Below, piece after piece: positions 63,001 through 64,000 of a stretch of DNA of 64,000 nucleotides. This stretch comes from an uncultured Planctomycetia bacterium. Lineage in GTDB: Bacteria > Omnitrophota > Gorgyraeia > Duberdicusellales > Duberdicusellaceae. The stretch covers positions 10,189 to 74,188 of the forward strand of contig CAZWJT010000006.1 in the NCBI GenBank assembly GCA_964634935.1, in the 5' to 3' direction. A program made the position numbers and the translations under genes. The stretch's first letter is position 1, and each line of letters starts with the position of its first letter. The notes under the pieces were generated by a model. The model searched no databases. It saw only the letters and a program-made list of their open reading frames with translations, and was not told the DNA's origin.

Positions 63001-64000
63001 GTTACAGATGTTGAATCGGTGCTTGTGTGCATTGGTCGTATTGAGGAGTGCACGCTCTACGCGTATAGGCGTAGTTCTCAGAAAAGCCATGCTTATGGCC
63101 TGAGTGCGCTGGGCAGTGTTTCTGTGCTGGTAATGGCATTTTTATTCTTGGTTCTATCGCGGTTGTATTTTGCCCAGCAGAAAAGAATTCGTCCAGGCAG
63201 GCAAAAAAAAGAAGAGCGTAAACGCCGCAAAGAACCACGACAAATCTTGATGACCCGGAGAGGTATGTTGCTATCACTCTGTGGTTTAACAGGCGTGGTT
63301 GCTAGTATATATATAGGTAAGAGGTTTTTATATCCAAGTTTTGAAGAGCGTATTCGCGCAGCGGCAGGTCAGCTTCTGAACGACCTTAGGTGTATCCAGG
63401 ATTTAGGTAACCTAAGTCAATCGGAAACCGATGAGTTGCGTGAATTTTATGCAGGGATAGGAACAGGTAAACGGATTGAAGTTTTTGATGATCCCGCAGC
63501 TTCCGAGATTCTCAAGGTCTTTCTTGAGACTCAAAAGCTGAGGATGAACAAGTTTTTTCTGGATAGATTCTCTGATTTTGAATTAGAGGCACGTCTGGTT
63601 CATGAAGGCTTGCATATGTTGCAAAGTCAGTTTGATGCTACTGAACAATCGGAAAAAATATTTGCGGCTTTGCCAAACAGCACATTCGCTCTATTTGCGC
63701 CTACTGCGCAGGGTGAAGAAAATAGGCAGGCTATTAAACGCGCGGCAGCTTTAATTATTGAAACTGAACGTGCTGCTTACAGTTTAGAAGTTGCTTATAT
63801 TCGTGCACGCGGAATCAAGAAAATCAAGGAGTATTTTCTGAAGTTGCGCGACCAGGCAGAGCATGATTTTATACGCCAGACCTATGGTTTTATGGCGCAA
63901 TTTACTACAGAATCCGGAGTCGATCAAGATTTGCTAGTTCGGCTTTTATTTGAGAAAAACATGAGTGTTCGGCCAAGTATCAATAAGATGCTCAGGCGTA
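1..64000 (+). CDS. Internal fragment of a single giant ORF (frame 1), >=21,333 sense codons with no in-frame stop, open at both window edges; multidomain, membrane-threaded giant protein
   Basis: Codon-by-codon reading of frame 1 (each listing line = 20 codons) found no TAA/TAG/TGA, while out-of-frame stops are abundant. The ORF track has no + frame-1 entry at all, as expected if the frame has no stop inside the window, but many frame-2/3 and antisense entries. The translation has coherent protein features throughout (P-loops, catalytic motifs, TM helices). Confidence 0.85.
25..650 (+). other. Domain: uridine kinase / phosphoribulokinase-like P-loop NTPase (N-terminal part may lie upstream of the window)
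   Basis: Walker A 'GYHGAGKS' at 46-69. Downstream 'VILADGVY...DLRIFISID...ADIVM' resembles the Udk/PRK family 'IIVEG..DLKIFVDTD..ADIII' pattern. Confidence 0.5.
703..770 (+). other. C4 zinc-ribbon-like motif (CxxC-x11-CxxC) preceding the PLP domain
   Basis: 'ECTNPDCSFQQPAVRTNVCRVCGND': Cys codons at 706, 721, 757, 766. Confidence 0.4.
850..1910 (+). other. Domain: threonine-synthase-like fold-type-II PLP enzyme
   Basis: 'KLEIVNPTGTFKDREAS' (979-1005) matches the ThrC PLP-lysine motif 'N-P-T-G-S-F-K-D-R', with candidate Lys at 997-999. The segment is about 350 aa, the length of a ThrC core, and carries a glycine-rich 'GFTGMVHL...MLTGKG' tail. Confidence 0.55.
2005..2058 (+). other. Predicted TM helix ('AFLFLGSIVLGLFLLGIL'); first of about 60 TM-like segments in the ORF
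   Basis: 18-20 contiguous hydrophobic residues flanked by charged residues. Confidence 0.5.
2330..2760 (+). other. Domain: archaemetzincin-like metzincin zinc peptidase
   Basis: 'HEFGHLVGLDHCFCQGCVM' (2629-2685) matches HExxHxxGxxH-CxxxxCxM exactly. 'CDYC' lies 16 residues later (2734-2745). Together they fit the archaemetzincin signature (HExxHxxGxxHCx4CxM...CxxC). Confidence 0.6.
7450..8600 (+). other. Degenerate Glu/Leu/Phe/Val-dehydrogenase-like Rossmann domain (probably non-catalytic paralog of 21060-22300)
   Basis: 'ANILIDGFGFTGRSIA' parallels GDH 'VAVQGFGNVG'. 'DILILAN', 'AKIVIVAIPG' and 'GVFCVSSIWLNGGILF' parallel the GDH C-terminal motifs 'DILIPAA', 'AKxIxEGANGP' and 'PDxxANAGGVxVSYFEW'. 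The catalytic GGGKGG equivalent ('QGAATVIISDG') lacks the Lys. Confidence 0.25.
8990..9260 (+). other. HEAT / PBS-lyase-like alpha-helical repeats
   Basis: 'LLEKLENSPVSHVRANCAHALGFI' and 'LVAALGDSKHKVLEWAQWALSING' fit the 'xVRxxAAxALGxIG' HEAT-like repeat pattern. Confidence 0.3.
10740..11900 (+). other. Domain: GH13 (alpha-amylase family) catalytic (beta/alpha)8 core
   Basis: All four conserved GH13 regions are present in order: I 'RVILPGVFNH' (10921-10944), II 'GFDGFWLDAAG' (11131-11163, nucleophile Asp 11152-11154), III 'RVFGEE' (11206-11220), IV 'FHRINHD' (11449-11469). Confidence 0.55.
13200..13440 (+). repeat. Internal protein-level repeat, copy 1: '...LIRWPAYPHFIDGRRNHPIYIIIGHLDENDFYPRFEKEIIRYFLS'
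   Basis: Paralogous to 32500-32710 ('LQRWSWGPRYLEGRRNHPIQIIIGHLDNDDLYPCYKNEIMQYFLS'). The core 'GRRNHPIxIIIGHLDxxDxYP' is conserved. Both copies lie about 100 aa upstream of a TM helix. Confidence 0.5.
21060..22300 (+). other. Domain: Glu/Leu/Phe/Val amino-acid dehydrogenase (intact catalytic and NAD(P)-binding parts)
   Basis: '[41 protein letters not shown]' carries the family signature, with catalytic Lys in GGGKGG at 21340-21342. Rossmann 'GYGNVG' at 21691-21708. C-terminal '[41 protein letters not shown]' is typical of GDH. Confidence 0.65.
22510..23050 (+). other. Domain: second uridine-kinase/PRK-like P-loop domain with degenerate Walker A (GPDACGKA)
   Basis: 'VVLICGPDACGKASLAL' at 22531-22557. 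'DEILIVEGQIAF' and 'SRYEIFAETVCSMKL' parallel the PRK/Udk motifs 'VIIEGLH' and 'DFKIYLD'. Confidence 0.35.
28000..29520 (+). other. Domain: SF1 Upf1-like (AAA_11/AAA_12-type) helicase/ATPase
   Basis: Walker A 'LIQGPPGTGKTTTI' (28084-28113). Motif II 'VILVGDHKQLPAF' (about 28504-28542). Motif V/VI 'TVDAIQGHENKVVIVSLVRSN...GFLATVDGMQRLNVSLSRMQEKLILVG' (29356-29511). Confidence 0.7.
30150..30780 (+). other. Domain: trypsin-like (S1/chymotrypsin-fold) serine protease
   Basis: Catalytic triad context in canonical order: 'LTAGHVV' (His 30280-30282), 'DLDIGVIRV' (Asp 30412-30414), 'HGFSGGPVF' (Ser 30655-30657). Confidence 0.6.
31300..31810 (+). other. Domain: CheR-like SAM-dependent methyltransferase
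   Basis: 'ITIIGVWNGEEAYSLGLML' (31393-31416) parallels the CheR motif 'IWSAGCSTGEEPYSLAM'. Downstream 'ADVVVINNLLGVDL...GGFVLMDSSHVLG' parallels CheR 'FDLIFCRNVLIYF...GGYLFLGHSE'. Confidence 0.5.
32000..33650 (+). other. Multi-pass membrane region (about 10 TM-like helices) hosting the ICMT-like domain
   Basis: Successive hydrophobic 18-24-aa stretches with short loops between them: 'LAPVFVSVLLCLVVLWVL', 'FLSGIALCAISYDINIFLY', 'GAGFLLFGIGGYYFL', 'VFLFVFAAFFFTTLVSL', 'ILITSAVVLGSVILVLFLA', 'LPFMLAAAVAGLSM', 'FAVCLVALGIACVLIVSALLPFVVL', 'ISLGICMAPAFVIPALTLF', 'IVLLMSGLSIGSLFFMAGAFL', 'IWSFIVLPGIVGFILTLTIIFI'. Confidence 0.55.
33230..33720 (+). other. Domain: isoprenylcysteine carboxyl methyltransferase (ICMT)/PEMT-like integral-membrane methyltransferase
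   Basis: 'GIYKYYRHPTYLAWKM' (RHPxY, 33526-33540). C-terminal 'EENISLWRRYGQAYENYARSTPLF' (33646-33700) matches the ICMT 'EExxLxxxFGxxYxxYxxxVxxxIP' motif. The segment is embedded in TM helices. Confidence 0.5.
34936..35085 (+). other. Sigma-70 region-4-like / LuxR-like helix-turn-helix segment
   Basis: 'LTAQEKELLLVYFSLHDASAPLLAAVGNHFGIHNRESVRQKKEIAIAKIR' resembles ECF-sigma region 4 ('LPxRxREVxxLxxxEGLSxxEIAxxLGxSxxTVKSRLxRARxxLR'). Confidence 0.3.
35460..36010 (+). other. Multi-pass membrane region (about 5 TM-like helices)
   Basis: 'IIPIMLIFIASVAVVAFLIHLL', 'MTMAFLSVPAIGLPGTIFLGLF', 'FLLCLGIAAVYTLYNLF', 'MGIFLLASALAFLGFQY', 'VFLSALFLVFLVLLLVQPVYG'. Confidence 0.5.
36600..36900 (+). other. 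Transglutaminase-like (papain-fold) core, copy 1
   Basis: Cys in 'NRCWPMIQAC' (36616-36618) followed by 'DHFWIEIKLRGDKKWYVLDRT' (His-x-W-x-E ... W-x-x-D), the C/H/D arrangement of transglutaminase-like domains. Confidence 0.3.
37480..37780 (+). other. Domain: cytidine/deoxycytidylate (TadA-like) deaminase zinc-binding motif
   Basis: 'HSE' (37591-37599) then 25 residues then 'PCFHC' (37675-37689), equivalent to the H(A/C)E ... PCxxC CDA signature. 'TLVTTMEPCFHCSQLL' parallels TadA 'TLYVTLEPCVMCAGAM'. Confidence 0.5.
38640..39930 (+). repeat. Paralogous about-430-aa Fe-S (radical-SAM-like) module, copy R1: 'LRWDLRFVHYQEFIKHAAAIN...GCSVQCDHCY...GDYWRDYYDWVF...SGIRPGS...CRDCSITCAKRESC', followed by TM helix 39950-40020
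   Basis: CX3CX2C at 39103-39126. C-terminal CX2CX3CX5C at 39856-39897. Collinear similarity to 44360-45650 and 56720-58020 over the whole module. Confidence 0.55.
40230..40470 (+). other. Transglutaminase-like (papain-fold) core, copy 2
   Basis: 'LCQWASQRLGEVLKEHQIPFRIVMK' (Cys 40237-40239) parallels 'CGEFANLFVALCRALGIPARYVSG'. 'HMHQYPIIEVAGMEFIVDITADQ' parallels 'HAWVEVYLPGYGWVPVDPT' (His/Asp). Confidence 0.4.
42130..42900 (+). other. Domain: methylenetetrahydrofolate-reductase (MTHFR)-like TIM barrel
   Basis: 'KTITVELLPSRKG' parallels MetF 'ISFEFFPPRT'. 'KVILFVSGSHP' parallels 'NILALRGDPP'. 'QFCVAANPQGEP' (42667-42702) parallels 'FCIGVAAYPEGHP'. Confidence 0.4.
44360..45650 (+). repeat. 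Paralogous Fe-S module, copy R2: 'LRLHWNLRFMHYQEFIKHVLAVN...GCSTQCDHCY...GDYLRDYFDWVF...SGIRPNS...CRVCRVHC', followed by TM helix 45700-45770
   Basis: CX3CX2C at 44824-44847. C-terminal CX2CX3C at 45577-45600; a Tyr occupies the fourth Cys position. Confidence 0.55.
45850..46900 (+). other. Domain: fold-type-II PLP enzyme, threonine/serine-dehydratase-like
   Basis: 'KDESCQISHSFKMRGVL' (Lys 45982-45984) parallels 'KREDLQPVFSFKLRGA'. 'GNHGIAMIEAT' parallels 'SAGNHAQGVA'. Glycine loop 'LIPVGAGGPLGIAAGLK' is present. Confidence 0.5.
49030..49500 (+). other. Multi-pass membrane region (about 4 TM-like helices)
   Basis: 'ITGIVILVLIALDLY', 'VGFPLIGLGIVSCYLVM', 'MRIGFVFLAGGFLAHGI', 'LLLILDVFPRFLFVVLVFILISSV'. 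Confidence 0.45.
51340..51620 (+). other. Multi-pass membrane region (3-4 TM-like helices) followed by a strongly basic/charged patch (51640-51720)
   Basis: 'LLPISVVMIALGISLLIFILAV', 'ALVVAASLFGFGLGMVFVLWLVL', 'FTIAAFIGVVYFIGCFIFI', then 'EQDREEAQLRQARAKEDKRRRKEKRRERNE'. Confidence 0.5.
53520..54420 (+). other. Domain: complete sigma-70-family (RpoD-like) sigma factor, regions 1.2, 2.1-2.4, 3.0, 4.1-4.2, embedded in the giant ORF
   Basis: Region 1.2 'ITQYLGEIGQYRLLTHLEEIVLG'. Region 2 '[35 protein letters not shown]...[22 protein letters not shown]' (53857-53895) parallels 'NLRLVVSIAKKY..[42 protein letters not shown]'. Region 3.0 'QIRLPESLRQAIDDF'. Region 4 'EIRLASSLGLGIAEYSTLEETGERVELTRERVRQIEKQA' parallels 'RMRFGI..TLEEVGxxFxVTRERIRQIEAKA'. 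Confidence 0.7.
54508..54636 (+). repeat. TM-anchor cassette, copy 1: 'SSPAIVTPVAMDGISNFSLLAFLCMSLFVFSVLWATQNPRSPP'
   Basis: Ser-rich, then 'TPV(A/M)xDG', then a TM helix, then 'VLWA(T/A)(Q/R)NPRx(P/L)P'. Same pattern at 60301-60435 and 61141-61260. Confidence 0.5.
55380..55950 (+). other. Domain: class I SAM-dependent methyltransferase
   Basis: Motif I 'VVADIGTGTGELALRIL' (55414-55446). 'KVIATD' acidic beta2 end. 'GGRVVILED' motif IV-like. Confidence 0.5.
56000..56470 (+). other. GNAT-like acetyltransferase fold (copy A)
   Basis: 'IRLAERLRNKGIGSAWFHDLL' fits GNAT motif A (R/Q-x-x-G-x-G/A). Confidence 0.35.
56720..58020 (+). repeat. Paralogous Fe-S module, copy R3: 'LRWDLRFMHYQEFIKHAAAIN...GCSSQCDHCY...ADYIRDYYDWVF...SGIRPGS...CTVCNLNCPQRKEC', followed by TM helix 58080-58140
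   Basis: CX3CX2C at 57175-57198. C-terminal CX2CX3CX5C at 57955-57996. Closest to R1 (for example 'FTPVDVIAHDIFLQARNGNASGFKLRWDLRF' vs 'FTPVSAVKNHIVALVRNGQNEALALRWDLRF'). Confidence 0.55.
58850..59650 (+). other. Domain: canonical radical-SAM core
   Basis: 'LTDACPLQCRHCLQGF' has CX3CX2C at 58894-58917. The glycine-rich SAM motif 'GLLLSGGDAWL' (59017-59028) lies about 35 residues downstream, the expected spacing of the GGE motif. Confidence 0.5.
60301..60435 (+). repeat. TM-anchor cassette, copy 2: 'SSSSITPVMTFDGFTASVGFVFMLSVAALLCSVLWAAQNPRDPP'
   Basis: See copy 1. Immediately upstream of GNAT domain 60560-61000. Confidence 0.5.
60560..61000 (+). other. Domain: GNAT acetyltransferase (copy B)
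   Basis: 'HWMAAITHFEIHPWIRQRGIGDAWYRKFVE': motif A 'RQRGIGDAW' at 60865-60891. Confidence 0.45.
61141..61260 (+). repeat. TM-anchor cassette, copy 3: 'SSRSSVPSLMIGGTSSTLLPFLGFCVLAVSVLWATRNPRRLP'
   Basis: See copy 1. Immediately upstream of GNAT domain 61270-61720. Confidence 0.5.
61270..61720 (+). other. Domain: GNAT acetyltransferase (copy C)
   Basis: 'GEINEMAVDRRYQKRKIGTRLLGEAVAVL': motif A 'QKRKIGTRLL' at 61561-61593. Confidence 0.5.
62450..62900 (+). other. Class I SAM-methyltransferase-like Rossmann (copy 2)
   Basis: 'KIFDFGCGDGWTAFRLAAYGFFVDGVEVN' (GxGxG, then an acidic residue about 18 aa later). Confidence 0.35.
63601..63615 (+). other. HExxH zincin-like motif ('LVHEGLHML')
   Basis: Short motif only, with no third ligand identified. 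Confidence 0.15.

Noticed and set aside
1-64000. Alternative reading as an operon of many ordinary genes (kinase, thrC, gdh, amylase, rpoD, helicase, ...)
   Set aside because: There is not a single in-frame stop between any of the domains. Separate genes would each end in a stop, and intergenic or overlap regions would break the frame.
1-64000. rRNA/tRNA/ncRNA genes, transposases, integrases, phage genes
   Set aside because: No segment has the conserved motifs of such elements. The entire window is occupied by sense-strand coding sequence of one ORF.

Overview
The whole 64,000-nt window lies inside one open reading frame. On the + strand, frame 1 (codons at 1,4,7,...; every 60-nt line of the listing starts in this frame) contains no stop codon, giving at least 21,333 consecutive sense codons that are open at both window edges. 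The other five frames are full of stops. No entry in the supplied ORF track is in + frame 1; all entries are frame 2/3 or antisense shadows of this ORF. I translated the frame by eye and checked codons line by line in about 80 places without finding an in-frame stop. The product is a mosaic giant protein. By eye it has about 55-65 hydrophobic, TM-like helices, single or in multi-pass clusters, spaced along the whole ORF. They separate soluble segments of 100-2,900 aa, many carrying recognisable signatures. These are: two uridine-kinase/PRK-like P-loop domains; a threonine-synthase-like PLP domain with a Zn ribbon; an archaemetzincin-like metzincin motif; a GH13 alpha-amylase catalytic core; an intact and a decayed Glu/Leu/Phe/Val-dehydrogenase domain; an SF1 Upf1-like helicase; a trypsin-like serine protease triad; CheR-like, ICMT-like and class-I SAM methyltransferases; a cytidine/tRNA-adenosine-deaminase-like zinc motif; an MTHFR-like domain; a Thr/Ser-dehydratase-like PLP domain; two transglutaminase-like cores; three GNAT domains; a canonical radical-SAM core; and a complete sigma-70 domain (regions 1.2-4.2) embedded between TM clusters. 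There are also internal paralogous modules: three roughly 430-aa Fe-S modules each followed by a TM helix, a 'GRRNHPIxIIIGHLD' module present twice 19 kb apart, and a recurring TM-anchor cassette ending 'VLWAxQNPRxPP'. I see no rRNA/tRNA, CRISPR array, IS/transposase, or nucleotide-level tandem repeats. The architecture resembles the rare bacterial giant genes reported from metagenomes, for example in Omnitrophota; that resemblance is from memory and not verified. A chimeric misassembly or artificial sequence cannot be excluded from the sequence alone.
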